From contig CAVXRD010000002.1 of NCBI GenBank assembly GCA_963764165.1, forward strand, positions 896,001-960,000: 64,000 bases of DNA, in the 5' to 3' direction. Shown piece by piece: positions 34,645 through 45,371 of this stretch. The translations under genes were made by a program, and so were the position numbers. The notes beneath the pieces were generated by a model, which saw only the letters and a list, made by a program, of their open reading frames with translations, was not told the origin of the DNA and searched no databases. Positions within the stretch are counted from its first letter, which is position 1; the number at the start of each line of letters is the position of its first letter. The DNA comes from an uncultured Verrucomicrobiae bacterium. Lineage in GTDB: Bacteria; Verrucomicrobiota; Verrucomicrobiia; Limisphaerales; Palsa-1400.

Positions 34645-35367
34645 CTAAAGAACGAGATCAAGATAGCCAGCACCCACCAAGGCCGCAAGAGTTTTTTTCA
34701 TTTTTTTTGCACTTTTTTGAATTCCCCTCGTAGTTGAGGCTCTTAAACCGAGGTAAGGGAGCCTGAAAATCGGTGTTTTTGGGCTCATTTTTGCGATGAT
34801 TTCAGCATTTTTTGCCGAAGATTCGTCTGAATGACGGGTTTCCATCATGACGACCCTAAAATTCTTTGTTCCAACATTTTGCAGCGATTCGACTGTCAAT
34901 AACGTATGATTTATGACGCCAAGCCGGTTCGGACAGGCAACGAATACGTCACATTTCAGCGACGCGATGAGGTCGCGAATTAGGAATTTTGGCCCTAGCG
35001 GGACCATGAGTCCGCCGGAACCCTCGACCAACAGCAAGTCGCACCGGTCTGAGAGTGCTCGAATCTTTTGCACTGCGACCTTCAACGAGACTTGCAGGGC
35101 GCTTGAGGCGGCGGGGGCCACGGGTTCCGGGTAATAGAATGGGTTGATTTCGTCCAACGCGGCGGTGGGCAGGCCAGCCCGCCCGTTGAATTCCTCGGCA
35201 TTCTGCAAGCTGTAGAGAAGTTCCGCGTCCGCTTGCGAACCAGAGCAAAACGGCTTCATGGCGAGCGCGTTGCAGCCCTTTTCACGGAGGAAAGCGAGCA
35301 GCAACGCCGTCAAGACTGTTTTTCCCGCGCCGGTGTCAGTTCCGGTGACAAATATAATTTTTTTCAC
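34645..35367 (-). CDS. bioD: Dethiobiotin synthetase
   Basis: FVTGTDTGAGKT, MKPF, LVEGSGG, LGVINHTLLT. Confidence 0.92.
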   Translation of the reverse strand: MKKIIFVTGTDTGAGKTVLTALLLAFLREKGCNALAMKPFCSGSQADAELLYSLQNAEEFNGRAGLPTAALDEINPFYYPEPVAPAASSALQVSLKVAVQKIRALSDRCDLLLVEGSGGLMVPLGPKFLIRDLIASLKCDVFVACPNRLGVINHTLLTVESLQNVGTKNFRVVMMETRHSDESSAKNAEIIAKMSPKTPIFRLPYLGLRASTTRGIQKSAKKMKKTLAALVGAGYLDLVL

Positions 35368-35447
35368 TTTGAGAATTGCCGCCTGCCCTTTGGAATAAGA
35401 GTCAACACAGCGGCTTCCGCCCAAAACTGCTACACGCCCCCCTCCCG

Positions 35448-36842
35448 TCAGCCTTTTATCCAACGCAGCAGTTCGATGATTTTCGGCGGCTGGCCGGTGC
35501 GCAAAATGCCGATGCGAAAGACTCTGCCGGCCATCCACAGGGCCACGGCGGTAGTGGCGACCATCAGGAGGGTTGTGCCGATCACATCAACCAGGGGCGG
35601 GTTGGCGTTGACCCGGTTCATCATGGTGAACGGGGTATAAATCGGAATCCAGGAAAGCACCCGGGCCAGAGTTCCGTTGGGATCTTTCGGAATGAAGGCC
35701 ATGGTCAGCATCGGGACCATCATGATCATCGTGAGCATCCCCATGTAACTCTGCGCTTCCTTAATGGTGTTGCACACACTGCCGAGCGCAAGGATCAAGG
35801 TCGCATACAGCAGGTATCCAAGCAGGAAATAGAACAAAAACATCGGCACCAAATTCGATGTCTGCACCGCCTGCAAAAGCTGGCCGGGGATATCCGTGGC
35901 GCCGCCGGATTTCCAGACTAGAGCGCCAAACAGGGATCCCATCCATACGCCCACAGTCGTCATGCCTGTGGCGGCGATGCCAAACAATTTTCCCATCATC
36001 AATTCGCCGGGTGTCACCGAGGACAGCAGCACTTCGATGATGCGATTGGATTTTTCCTCGATAATGTTGTTGAGAAGCATTTGGGAGATGCCAAAAATCG
36101 CCACCCACAGGAGATAGACAAACCCGCTGGGCGCCCATTGGCGGATGATGTCCGCGCTGCTGACCGCTTCTTTGCCTGCTTCCTTGTTGGGGTTGAGGCT
36201 GGCAAAAGGCGCGTGAGTTTGCTCGACCTCCAGAATAGCGGCGATGTCCACTCCGCGCGCCAGGTATTCCCGACGGCGAATTTCTTTATTGACTGCCTGC
36301 TCAACGGCGTCGCGCAGGGTGCTGTCGGCCAGGTTGGCGGACCAGTATTCGATTCCAATGGGAGCGGTGTTCGTGTCGTGCGGCCCTGCATGGGGGCGGA
36401 CAATTTGTTTTTCAATGTCGCGTGGAATCAGGATGGCGGCGTACATCTCGACCTCGGGGCCATCCGACCCGGCCTTGATGTTCTTTTCGCGCCGAAGATA
36501 CGGTTTCAACTCGCGGTCCAACGTGGACATATCGGCATTCGTATCAATCCCCGCAGGCAAGGTGATGGCCTGGTAGGACCGAGGTGGCGCATTGGAGACC
36601 GACGCGCCCTGTTCCGGACGAGGCCTGAGCTGATCCAGGCAGGATTCCACGACCGATGCAAACTTTCCCGATTGATCGACAAAAGCATAATGGCGGATGG
36701 GCGTGCCTTTGGTCTGCAGCAGGAAAGAAACGTTGACGGCGAGGAAGAGAATCAACGGAAACATAAACAATCCGATCCAAAACCCCTTGGTTTTGGCGTT
36801 CTCGGCGTACTCGCGCCAGGCGACCAGAAATATGAATCTCAT
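35448..36842 (-). CDS. ABC-2 exporter permease (NatB-like)
   Basis: AWREY N-terminus, IIEEKSNRIIEVLLSSV.P.ELMMGK, multiple TM helices. Confidence 0.9.
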   Translation of the reverse strand: MRFIFLVAWREYAENAKTKGFWIGLFMFPLILFLAVNVSFLLQTKGTPIRHYAFVDQSGKFASVVESCLDQLRPRPEQGASVSNAPPRSYQAITLPAGIDTNADMSTLDRELKPYLRREKNIKAGSDGPEVEMYAAILIPRDIEKQIVRPHAGPHDTNTAPIGIEYWSANLADSTLRDAVEQAVNKEIRRREYLARGVDIAAILEVEQTHAPFASLNPNKEAGKEAVSSADIIRQWAPSGFVYLLWVAIFGISQMLLNNIIEEKSNRIIEVLLSSVTPGELMMGKLFGIAATGMTTVGVWMGSLFGALVWKSGGATDIPGQLLQAVQTSNLVPMFLFYFLLGYLLYATLILALGSVCNTIKEAQSYMGMLTMIMMVPMLTMAFIPKDPNGTLARVLSWIPIYTPFTMMNRVNANPPLVDVIGTTLLMVATTAVALWMAGRVFRIGILRTGQPPKIIELLRWIKG

Positions 36843-37813
36843 CGGAAAGAAGCCTCTCTTGCTTCCGGCCCCACCAGCCACATGAAAACTTCGTGCAGGG
36901 TCGGATCGGATTGGTTGAAACCGCGCAGCCGGATTCCTTTGGCGAAGCACATTTGCAGGATGGCCTGCGGGTCAGCGCTCTCGCGAATTTGCAATTCCCA
37001 AAGTGTCGAACCATTCGCGCCGACCGCGCCGCGAGGCGTTTCGACCGGCCCAACGGAAATCACTCCATCCAATGCGCGCAACGGCCCGATGTCATCGTCC
37101 GTCTCGATGCGCACGCGGCGGGGCAGCATCCGTTTCGCCTCGGCAATGGTGCCGTCGAATACTTTTTTGCCTTTGGCGATGAGCAGGATCCGTTCGCATA
37201 AGCGTTCAGCATGCTGCATGACGTGGGTGGAAAAGAGTATCGTGCGCTTGCGCCCGGCCATGTCCCGGATGATTTCCTCCATGACTTGCTGATTGACAGG
37301 ATCGAGGCCGGAAAACGGTTCGTCGAGGATGATGAATTCCGGGTCGTGGGCGATGGAGGCGAGCATTTGCACTTTCTGGCCCATGCCCTTGGAAAGGGCC
37401 TCGGTGGGTTTTAGGGCAAAACCCTTCAAGCCATACCGTTCGAGCAATTCAAAAGCCCTCTGCCGCGCGGCTTTTCTCGACATCCCCTTCAAAGTGGCAA
37501 AGTAGGCAATGACCGCCCAAGCCTTCATCTTTTTGTAAAGGCCCTTTTCTTCCGGCAGATAACCGATGCGCTGCCGCACTTCGAGCGCCGAAGGCCGCCC
37601 CAGCACGGTGATGGCGCCGCGGGTCGGCTGGATGATATCCAGGATCATGCGAATGGTGGTGGTCTTGCCCGCGCCATTCGGCCCCAGGAAACCGCAGATC
37701 GAACCGGCGGGCAGCGTGAAGCTGACATCATCCACCGCCTTGAAATCGCCGTAAAATTTGGTGACGTTGCGCAATTCCAGCGGCGGCGCGTCTGCCTGTG
37801 GGGGAATGTCCAT
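36839..37813 (-). CDS. ABC exporter ATP-binding protein (NatA-like)
   Basis: GPNGAGKTT, LSKGM, ILDEPFSGLDP, STH. Confidence 0.93.
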   Translation of the reverse strand: MDIPPQADAPPLELRNVTKFYGDFKAVDDVSFTLPAGSICGFLGPNGAGKTTTIRMILDIIQPTRGAITVLGRPSALEVRQRIGYLPEEKGLYKKMKAWAVIAYFATLKGMSRKAARQRAFELLERYGLKGFALKPTEALSKGMGQKVQMLASIAHDPEFIILDEPFSGLDPVNQQVMEEIIRDMAGRKRTILFSTHVMQHAERLCERILLIAKGKKVFDGTIAEAKRMLPRRVRIETDDDIGPLRALDGVISVGPVETPRGAVGANGSTLWELQIRESADPQAILQMCFAKGIRLRGFNQSDPTLHEVFMWLVGPEAREASFR

Positions 37814-37972
37814 TAACTTTTCATGATTGTGCCTCAAAGATTGGCTCAAGGAAACACTCATTTTCGCGCTGAAATGGAGACGGCAGCAGGACAGAATTCT
37901 CCTTGAACGCAAAAATGAGCCGGAAATGAGTATCTCCCAACGTAGATACGCAGCGCGAAGGACGGACCTCTC

Positions 37973-38115
37973 ATTAACACACGGCTTCAGCCGGGTGTTC
38001 GGCCGCGCCGAAGGTTCCTAAACCGCTTCAGCGGTTTTCCGGCGTAACTGGAAGCGGTTAAAACCGATGACATCCGCTCACTCCCGGTGGCACCTGGCTG
38101 AAGCCGGGTGTTAAT
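37973..38115. repeat. Composite inverted REP-like element
   Basis: ATTAACACACGGCTTCAGCCGGGTG ... CACCTGGCTGAAGCCGGGTGTTAAT with inner AAACCGCTTCAGCGGTTT hairpins. Confidence 0.8.
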
Positions 38116-38179
38116 CCGCACAACTAGAAAGAGCACGAATTTGTTTGACTTTACCGTCGGAATTGCCAGCATAAGAGAT

Positions 38180-40075
38180 ATGCCTATTCGCGTCGCATTA
38201 GGTCTAGCAGCTTTCCTATTCTCGTACATCTCGTGCCTAGCGGATGGGTGCTTTGTCGGGGCGCCAGCATGGAACAAGCAACGAGATATTAATGAGCCTA
38301 CCCAAAAAGCCATCCTGTTTTTCGACCAAGGCCAGGAGGATATGGTCTTGCAGGTGAAATACGAGGGGCCTGCGGAGTCATTTGGCTGGCTGGTTCCAGT
38401 CCCGTCACTGCCCGAGGTGCGCAAAGGTTCGATGGATTGTTTCTATGAATTGAGCCGGCTCACTCAGTTGCATATGAACGATGGCGCAATGATTATGTCA
38501 TTGTCGATGGGATCGCACGGGGCGGAAGCTCCAGCGGTGGACGTCATCAAGATCAAGACAGTCGGAGCATACGAAGTGGCTGTTCTTGCAACGACCAATA
38601 GCGGAAGCCTCTCCGAATGGCTGAATACGCATGGCTTTGCATTTCCCGCGGACAAACAATCCATCCTGGACGAATACATCAGCAAGCATTGGTATTTTGT
38701 CGCGGCCAAAATTGATCCGAGCAAAAGCGGTTTCACGCTTCAACATGTTTTGCACCCGGACAACCCTGAAATCGCCAAGTCTACCCGCGAGAAGCTGGCC
38801 AACGGAGAATTGAATCCGCTCGTCATCAGTTTTCCCTCGGAAAAGTGCGTTTTTCCACTTTCGATCTCCGCCGCCAACGGAAAAAAATCCGAAGTCTCGC
38901 TTTATGTTCTGTCACATGAACCACTGATCAGCCCCAAAATCTTCGGCCGTAAAATTGCGAAAGCAAGACAGTTGGAGGAGCGGGCCACGTCGCGCGCCGT
39001 CCCGCAATTTAATTCGGAAAGGCTGAACGCCTACCGAAAGGCCCACCCTGCTCCTTCCGATGATCCAAACGACCCGCAACCGGAACTTATAGTGCAAAGG
39101 CCGATCGATATTGTGCGGGAACGATACCACGATCCATTTATGTATCGTTCCCTCCTTGAAAGCATGGACGCCAGTCCGTCCGAGTTGAAAGCGTGTGCCA
39201 AGCTTCTTCCGCGTTTAAAAGAGAAAGCGTGGAATTTGACGAAGGAAACTGAGATGTTTGACCCGGAGGAAATGGCGGACCTTGAGTTTGAGCCAGCGGT
39301 TCCGTGGCTTCTGCATCAACTCCAATTTACTAATGCCTCCGCTGCCGCCGTCTGCCTCGCAGAGACTGGCAAGCATGCGCTGCCTGCGATCTGCGATTAC
39401 TATGAGGGTGCGAACGAACGCTCGCGAAGGTTTGCCGTGGCGGCACTTGCGCGAGTAACGAGGCCGGATGCCATTACCGGCACGACTCCAGCGTCGCCAC
39501 TGACAAGCTGGGTGTCGGCCCGGGCTTCTGAACTGGCCGGAATGCTAGATGATCCAGAACCCACCGTCCGCAACAGCGCTGGGGTCTTGCTGAGCCGTTA
39601 TCCTGATTCCAATTCCGCCCTGGCGGCCACTTATAAGAAGATTGTCATCTCTCAGGCTGAAGGCGCACAAACCGCTTTCGGCCTGATCCCGACCAACCAA
39701 ATTTCCAAGGACGATTGGAGAGACTTTCTAAACACGACCAATGCCTCTATGATTTTGGAGGTCATGCGCCGCCTGAAATCGACACGCCCAACCGTCGATG
39801 CCTATTATCCGCTGACGACGAACAGCGTTCAATTTGCCCGGTTGCTTTGCCTGCGAGAAATTTCTGAGGCGAACAATTCGGCCGCGATGGACATGCTGGT
39901 TTCCATGCTGCACGATCCCGATGAAACTGTGCGGTGGAGGGTTCGACAGACATTCAGGAAGCTAACTGGCCAAAAGCTCGGAGCAGACCCCGCCGTTTAC
40001 GAAAAATGGTGGGCTGACTTCAAGGATGCGTGGAAACCCATACCCCGACGGGACCCGAGGGATCGCAACTCTTAA
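38180..40075 (+). CDS. Exported DUF2330-like domain protein with C-terminal HEAT-like repeats
   Basis: Signal peptide; INEPTQKAI, FGWLVPVPS.P, VGAYEVAVL, L.EWL..HGF; LDDPEPTVR and LHDPDETVR HEAT motifs. Confidence 0.75.
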   Translation: MPIRVALGLAAFLFSYISCLADGCFVGAPAWNKQRDINEPTQKAILFFDQGQEDMVLQVKYEGPAESFGWLVPVPSLPEVRKGSMDCFYELSRLTQLHMNDGAMIMSLSMGSHGAEAPAVDVIKIKTVGAYEVAVLATTNSGSLSEWLNTHGFAFPADKQSILDEYISKHWYFVAAKIDPSKSGFTLQHVLHPDNPEIAKSTREKLANGELNPLVISFPSEKCVFPLSISAANGKKSEVSLYVLSHEPLISPKIFGRKIAKARQLEERATSRAVPQFNSERLNAYRKAHPAPSDDPNDPQPELIVQRPIDIVRERYHDPFMYRSLLESMDASPSELKACAKLLPRLKEKAWNLTKETEMFDPEEMADLEFEPAVPWLLHQLQFTNASAAAVCLAETGKHALPAICDYYEGANERSRRFAVAALARVTRPDAITGTTPASPLTSWVSARASELAGMLDDPEPTVRNSAGVLLSRYPDSNSALAATYKKIVISQAEGAQTAFGLIPTNQISKDDWRDFLNTTNASMILEVMRRLKSTRPTVDAYYPLTTNSVQFARLLCLREISEANNSAAMDMLVSMLHDPDETVRWRVRQTFRKLTGQKLGADPAVYEKWWADFKDAWKPIPRRDPRDRNS

Positions 40076-40076
40076 C

Positions 40077-40913
40077 CTAGTGCCGCCACCAGGCGCGCAG
40101 AATCAGGCCAATTTTTTCCGCCTTGCTAAGACTGACCCGCTTTTCTCCAAAGACGTTGTAGCGCCGCCGTTCGAGTTCATTTAGCAACCGTGAATAGACG
40201 GCGGACATTAGCTCCGCGGCGATCATTGAGCGGCGGTCTTCTTCGGGCAACGCTTTTCGGGCGAGGTCGTAGTAGCTTTTTGCTTTGGCGGCGACGCTTG
40301 CAGCGAGCGCAACAAAGCGTTCCGAATACTCGAATCGCAGAATCTCTTCCTGCGTGACCTTGAATTTTTCCAATTCCGCCAGCGGAAGATAAATGCGGCC
40401 GCGCTCAGCATCGTCTCGGACGTCGCGCAAAATATTCGTCAACTGCAAAGCGTGGCCAAGGTTGATGGCGTAATTCCGGCAATTCGGATTCTTATACCCA
40501 AAAATTTCGATGCTTAACAAACCGACGACCGAGGCTACCCGGTAGCAGTATTTCTCCAAATCCTCGTAGGTTTGGTAGCGCATGATGTCCAAGTCCATTT
40601 CGACGCCGCGGATAAGATCGTCAAAGTCGTGAAATGGAAGATGGTATTGCGCGATGATTGGCTGCAATTCTTTGTTTACCGCGAAGGAAGGCTTTTTGCC
40701 TTCGCAAGCAAGGCGAACGTCCTCGTGCCATGCAGCGAGACCTGCGCGGCGCTTTTCGACCGGCACCGTTTCCTCGTCCGCCACGTCATCAACTTCGCGG
40801 CAAAAGGCGTAAAGCGCTGCCATGGCTTCGCGGCGGGGCTTCGGCAATAAGATGAAAGCCAGCGCGAGGTTAGAGGCGCTTTTTCGGGTTATCTCCTGGC
40901 TTTGTTCCGTCAC
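40077..40913 (-). CDS. hpnD: Presqualene diphosphate synthase (squalene/phytoene synthase family)
   Basis: LYAFCREVDDVAD, YCYRVASVVG, LQLTNILRDVRDDAERGRIYLP. Confidence 0.85.
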   Translation of the reverse strand: MTEQSQEITRKSASNLALAFILLPKPRREAMAALYAFCREVDDVADEETVPVEKRRAGLAAWHEDVRLACEGKKPSFAVNKELQPIIAQYHLPFHDFDDLIRGVEMDLDIMRYQTYEDLEKYCYRVASVVGLLSIEIFGYKNPNCRNYAINLGHALQLTNILRDVRDDAERGRIYLPLAELEKFKVTQEEILRFEYSERFVALAASVAAKAKSYYDLARKALPEEDRRSMIAAELMSAVYSRLLNELERRRYNVFGEKRVSLSKAEKIGLILRAWWRH

Positions 40914-40915
40914 AG

Positions 40916-42343
40916 CTACGCGTTGCCCGCCGAGCCTGATCCGGAGCCGCCGTCATCGTCCGGCCCGAGCGAAATCCCAAGCCGCTGCATGCGGTAACGC
41001 AGGGCGTGCCGGCTGAGTTTCAGTTGCTCCGCCGTTTTGGAAATGTTGTATCGATTCTGCTCGAGCGAGGTCACGATGACGCGGCGCTCAAACTCCGACA
41101 TGACGTCATCCAGCGATTGATTGCCGGAAATGGTGATGCCCTCCGATTTCCGCAAGCGGCCTTCCAAATTGAAATCCGGCAGGCTCTGCGGCTGAATTTC
41201 TCCTGTTGTTTCCAGAATGACGGCGCGTTCAATGACGTTGCGCAATTCGCGAACGTTGCCGGGCCAATGGTGGCTCATCAATTTCTGCCGCGCCGTCTGG
41301 CTGAACCCGCGCAAGTGCTTGTTCATTGTCGCGTTAAAATGGTGCAGGAAATTCTCCGCCAGCAGAATGATGTCCTCGCCGCGCTCGCGCAACGGAGGCG
41401 GTCGAAATTGCACGACGTTCAAGCGATGAAACAAATCCTCGCGAAAATTATTCTGGCCGATGGCTTCAATGATATCGCGATTGGTGGCGGCGATAAGGCG
41501 GACGTCCACTTTCAATTCGTCATTTCCGCCGACGCGCGTAAAAGTTCCATCTTCCAAAAACCGGAGCAACTTCGCCTGCAACGGGCGGCTCATATCGCCA
41601 ATTTCATCGAGGAAAATGGTGCCGCCGTGGGCTTCCTCGACGCGGCCGAGTTTCTGTTTGACGGCGCCGGTAAATGACCCTCGCTCATGGCCAAACAGCT
41701 CGCTTTCGAGCAGGTTTTCGGGAATGGCGGCGCAGTTGATGCGGATGTAATTGTTTTGCCGCCGCTGGCTCATGCTATGAAGCGCACCCGCGATCAATTC
41801 CTTGCCCGTGCCGCTTTCGCCGAGAATCAAAACGGTGGCATCGGTCGGCGCGACGCTGCGAATCAATTGCCGCAATTCGTGTATCTTGGGCGATTCGCCG
41901 ATGATTTGCTCCAACCGGTAAGCCTCGCTGACGGTGGCGCGAAGGGCGGCATTGTCGCGCAGCAGCCGATGGCGCTCCGCGCATCGCGAAACCGCGTGCA
42001 GCAATTCCTCGGGCGCGAACGGCTTCGCGAGATAATCCATCGCGCCGGATTTGATCGCTTCCACGGCCAGCTTGGGCGTGGCGTAAGCTGTGATCATCAG
42101 GAATGGCGTGTTGGGCCAGCGCTTGCAGGCCGTGGCCAGGAATTGGTAGCCGCTCATGCCACTGCCAAGACGGGCGTCGGTGATGACCATGAAGAATTCC
42201 TCTTTTTCCAGGGCGGCCAGCGCTTCCTCGGCGGATTCGACCAGCTTCAGCTCGTAGCCCTCCCCCATGAGAATCGAGCGCAGCGAAAGGCGCATGTTCT
42301 TTTCGTCGTCGACGACCAGAACGGGGGGCAATGACAAGTTCAT
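40916..42343 (-). CDS. NtrC-family sigma-54-dependent response regulator
   Basis: REC domain; GESGTGKE, ESELFGHERGSFTGA, FLDEIG, WPGNVREL; Fis-type HTH. Confidence 0.95.
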   Translation of the reverse strand: MNLSLPPVLVVDDEKNMRLSLRSILMGEGYELKLVESAEEALAALEKEEFFMVITDARLGSGMSGYQFLATACKRWPNTPFLMITAYATPKLAVEAIKSGAMDYLAKPFAPEELLHAVSRCAERHRLLRDNAALRATVSEAYRLEQIIGESPKIHELRQLIRSVAPTDATVLILGESGTGKELIAGALHSMSQRRQNNYIRINCAAIPENLLESELFGHERGSFTGAVKQKLGRVEEAHGGTIFLDEIGDMSRPLQAKLLRFLEDGTFTRVGGNDELKVDVRLIAATNRDIIEAIGQNNFREDLFHRLNVVQFRPPPLRERGEDIILLAENFLHHFNATMNKHLRGFSQTARQKLMSHHWPGNVRELRNVIERAVILETTGEIQPQSLPDFNLEGRLRKSEGITISGNQSLDDVMSEFERRVIVTSLEQNRYNISKTAEQLKLSRHALRYRMQRLGISLGPDDDGGSGSGSAGNA

Positions 42344-43902
42344 TTGGACGTCCTCATCAGAATTCTTGATGGAAACTCTAACACAAAGCGGGTGCCTATT
42401 CCAAGCTTGGATTCCACGTGGACGGAGCCGCCGTACATTTCGGTATTGTGCTTGACGATGGCCAGGCCCAGGCCAGTGCCCTTTTCGCGCGTCGTAAAAT
42501 AGGCCTCAAAAATCTTGTCGATTTTATCCGCCGGAATCCCGGGGCCGGTGTCGGCGATCAAGATTCGGACGGAATCGTTCTCGCCGTATTCCGTGGCCAG
42601 GCGGATTTCGCCGCGCCCGTTCATGGCTTCGCGGGCATTCTGGAGAATGTTTACCAGCACGCTGGACAGGTGGCGCTTCTGCATCAGGAGGGCAGGCAAA
42701 GCCGGCGCGAAATTCCTCTGGACAACGACCTGGTATTTGGCGGCGGGCGGGTAGACTTCCTGGACAGCGGCGTTGAGTTCTTCCACCACGTCCAATCGCT
42801 CGACGATGCCTTCGGCCAATTGGGCGTAGCCCATCAATTCCGTGAGGATCTGGTCCGCCCGATCCACTTCCTCGCGGATAATCTGAATTTGATCTTCAAC
42901 CGCCGTCTCACCTTCCTGCACGGATCGATTCAGGCAAAAAGCGGCGTTGGTGATGATGCCAAGGGGGTTTTTGATTTGGTGGGCGATTTCCGCCGCAAGG
43001 CGCCCGGCGGTTCGGAGACGCTCCTGGCGGACGGCGAGCTCGGTGGCCTCGGCCTCCGCGCGCTTTTGCTTTTCAAAGAGCATTTGGATGCCGTAACAGC
43101 AGAGCGCCCACGCCACCAGGACGATGATGCGCTCGATCGGGCGTTCTTGGGACAGGCTCTCCACATCCATGATCGGCTTCGGCGGGTTGAATTTCTTGTC
43201 AAGAATTCCCGCCGCCACGAAGCTGCCGATGGAGATAAAATTCAGCAGCAATTGCGGAAAAGCGACGGGAATGGCCAGGGCATTGTGGAGAATGAGCGCG
43301 ACAAACACGGCCCACAGCGGGCTGATGTAACCGCCGCTTACGAACGTAAAAGTTCCCATCAAGGCGCAGTCCAGCACTCCCGCCGCGAACACCATCCACT
43401 CGATCCTCGTCAGGTTGATCGGCTTCGACCAAATAAAAATCGCCCCAAGGATCAGGTTGAGCGCGGCGTAGATGGCAAAGGAAACGCGCAGCGCCGTGGC
43501 ATGGCCAAGGCTCCAATCGGATTTCTGCGGTGGATCAATCTCGCCCGGGGGCTTCTTATGTGGAGAATCAGCATGCGCCACTGGCGCATTGGTGGCTGGG
43601 CGGCCCATTTCGGCGGTTGGATTTGTCGAAATCGCCAGACTCGGGGAGTTCGTCATGGCCGCCATCGCGCCGCGATCCTCTGCTATCGAGTTGCCTCCCG
43701 AATAATCGAGCCAGCCCGAAAAGAACAGGTAGTAGCAAAGGAAGGCAATAATGAGCAGGCGCAAAGGCAGGACGATGTCGCGCTCGACCGCTTGAATGCG
43801 GGCCGCGCGCTGGCTCGGCTCCACCACTGGCGCCGCCAGCAGGCGCGTCAATTTCTGGAGCGGGCCAAGATCGGCCTGGTTTTGTTTGGGTTCCTCGTTC
43901 AC
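42340..43902 (-). CDS. Membrane sensor histidine kinase
   Basis: Multiple TM helices; EIAHQIKNPL H-box; NAREA, DTGPGI, GTGLGL. Confidence 0.93.
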   Translation of the reverse strand: MNEEPKQNQADLGPLQKLTRLLAAPVVEPSQRAARIQAVERDIVLPLRLLIIAFLCYYLFFSGWLDYSGGNSIAEDRGAMAAMTNSPSLAISTNPTAEMGRPATNAPVAHADSPHKKPPGEIDPPQKSDWSLGHATALRVSFAIYAALNLILGAIFIWSKPINLTRIEWMVFAAGVLDCALMGTFTFVSGGYISPLWAVFVALILHNALAIPVAFPQLLLNFISIGSFVAAGILDKKFNPPKPIMDVESLSQERPIERIIVLVAWALCCYGIQMLFEKQKRAEAEATELAVRQERLRTAGRLAAEIAHQIKNPLGIITNAAFCLNRSVQEGETAVEDQIQIIREEVDRADQILTELMGYAQLAEGIVERLDVVEELNAAVQEVYPPAAKYQVVVQRNFAPALPALLMQKRHLSSVLVNILQNAREAMNGRGEIRLATEYGENDSVRILIADTGPGIPADKIDKIFEAYFTTREKGTGLGLAIVKHNTEMYGGSVHVESKLGIGTRFVLEFPSRILMRTSK

Positions 43903-44441
43903 TTGAGCAGAGCCGCGGCCCGCCTGGCTATTTCATCCACGGGCCATAATCGCCCGATCCCCTCGTATCCGCAAGAGAGGAGGCCCTCCTCGGGGCCAAT
44001 AAATTCCGCTCCGCGCTTCTTTAACACCTCGACATTTTGCTGCGTGGCCGCGTGAAGCCACATCTTCCCGTTCATGGCGGGCGCGATCAGCGTCTTTGCC
44101 TCCGGCCGAAGCGCCAGCGCAACGCATCCGAGCGCGTCATCAGCCATGCCGTGGGCCAATTTGGCCAGCGTATTGGCGGTGGCGGGCGCAATCAGCAAAA
44201 GATCCGCCGAATCCGCGAGTTCGATGTGGGCTGGTTTCCATCCTTCATCAACATCGTAAAGGTCAGTGACGACAGGGTGGCGGGAGAGCGTTTTGAACGG
44301 AAGCGGCGTGACAAATCGTTGCGCATCGGCGGTCATGACGACATGAACATCGCACCCTGCCTTGACCAGCAAGCTGGCCAAATCGACCGCCCGGTGAGCG
44401 GCAATGGAACCGGTCACTCCCAATACAACGACCTTGCTCAT
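43899..44441 (-). CDS. coaC: Stand-alone phosphopantothenoylcysteine decarboxylase (HFCD flavoprotein)
   Basis: LGVTGSIAA, HIELA, APATANTLAK, APAMN..MW, LSCG..G.GR. Confidence 0.88.
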   Translation of the reverse strand: MSKVVVLGVTGSIAAHRAVDLASLLVKAGCDVHVVMTADAQRFVTPLPFKTLSRHPVVTDLYDVDEGWKPAHIELADSADLLLIAPATANTLAKLAHGMADDALGCVALALRPEAKTLIAPAMNGKMWLHAATQQNVEVLKKRGAEFIGPEEGLLSCGYEGIGRLWPVDEIARRAAALLK

Positions 44442-44953
44442 TTTCAGGTTTGCCAATGTTAACGTGAACTTTCGAGTAAACAAGAACTGGATTTGAGCGC
44501 GGCCTGAAAGGGTGCAAACACCGGCATGTCCACCGCCCAGGCGAGGCTCAAAAACCGCAAAGTGCAATAGGGTGAAATAGGGTGCAACGATCTCCGTCCG
44601 GCGAAACCCGTTTGGCCGTCTCAATAACAGGACAGCCACGTTGCGAGGCATGAACACGAATTGGCGCGCTGCGCTGCGTCCCTCAATATAACCTTGCACA
44701 TACATGACCGCACTTTGGCACGTCTGGGTCTGGATGGAAAACCTACCAGAGTGTTTTCAGCGCGATTTTAGGAGAAATATTGGGAAGAATTGCACATGGA
44801 ACGACCGAACGCAGGAAAAGAGACTGAAGTTGATTTCACGCGCATCGTTGATTCGGGTCTGGGCGGCTGACCCGTCATGCACCGAACCTCCCATCCTCCA
44901 CAAAAGGAGAGTGGCCTCCTTTCCTGATTTTGTGACTCTCAGATTATATAATA

Positions 44954-45056
44954 TATAATCTCGAAAAACCCGCTACACCCGCTACACGGTTGACCATCAA
45001 CGAGATAAGGGGCAACATTTGCCGCTACAGAGCCGCTACAAACCCGCTACATTTTC
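44954..45056 (+). repeat. Iteron-like ~100-bp element, copy B (CCGCTACA units)
   Basis: Five CCGCTACA units plus one GGCAACA around GTTGACCATCAACGAGATAA. Confidence 0.7.
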
Positions 45057-45371
45057 TTTTCGGCGGGGCGGTAGCCGGTTGAATGAACCAATGATTGCCC
45101 TGCCCCACCGCCCGCCGCGAGGGTGCGCAGCCGACAGGTTCCAACTTCAACAAATTGCAGGCCGGGTCCCCCGCCCCGGCGTCCCGAGGGATGGGAGAGT
45201 CAGCGGCTGATGGAGTCACACGCCGAACCATTTGCGAAAAACAGGAAGTGCAAAAAGTGAGGATTGACACCTGTTCCCCAGGTTTGGAAAGGATGAAACA
45301 ACTTAACGAAAAACAGAGCCTTGATTTGACAGCGCCATCGTGTTTTAATCAAGAAGATCTTCATGCGCTTG

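Noticed and set aside
44561..44590. Three 10-bp repeats AAGTGCAATA/GGGTGAAATA/GGGTGCAACG upstream of coaC
   Set aside because: Too short and degenerate to assign; possibly a regulator or arm site, but unsupported.
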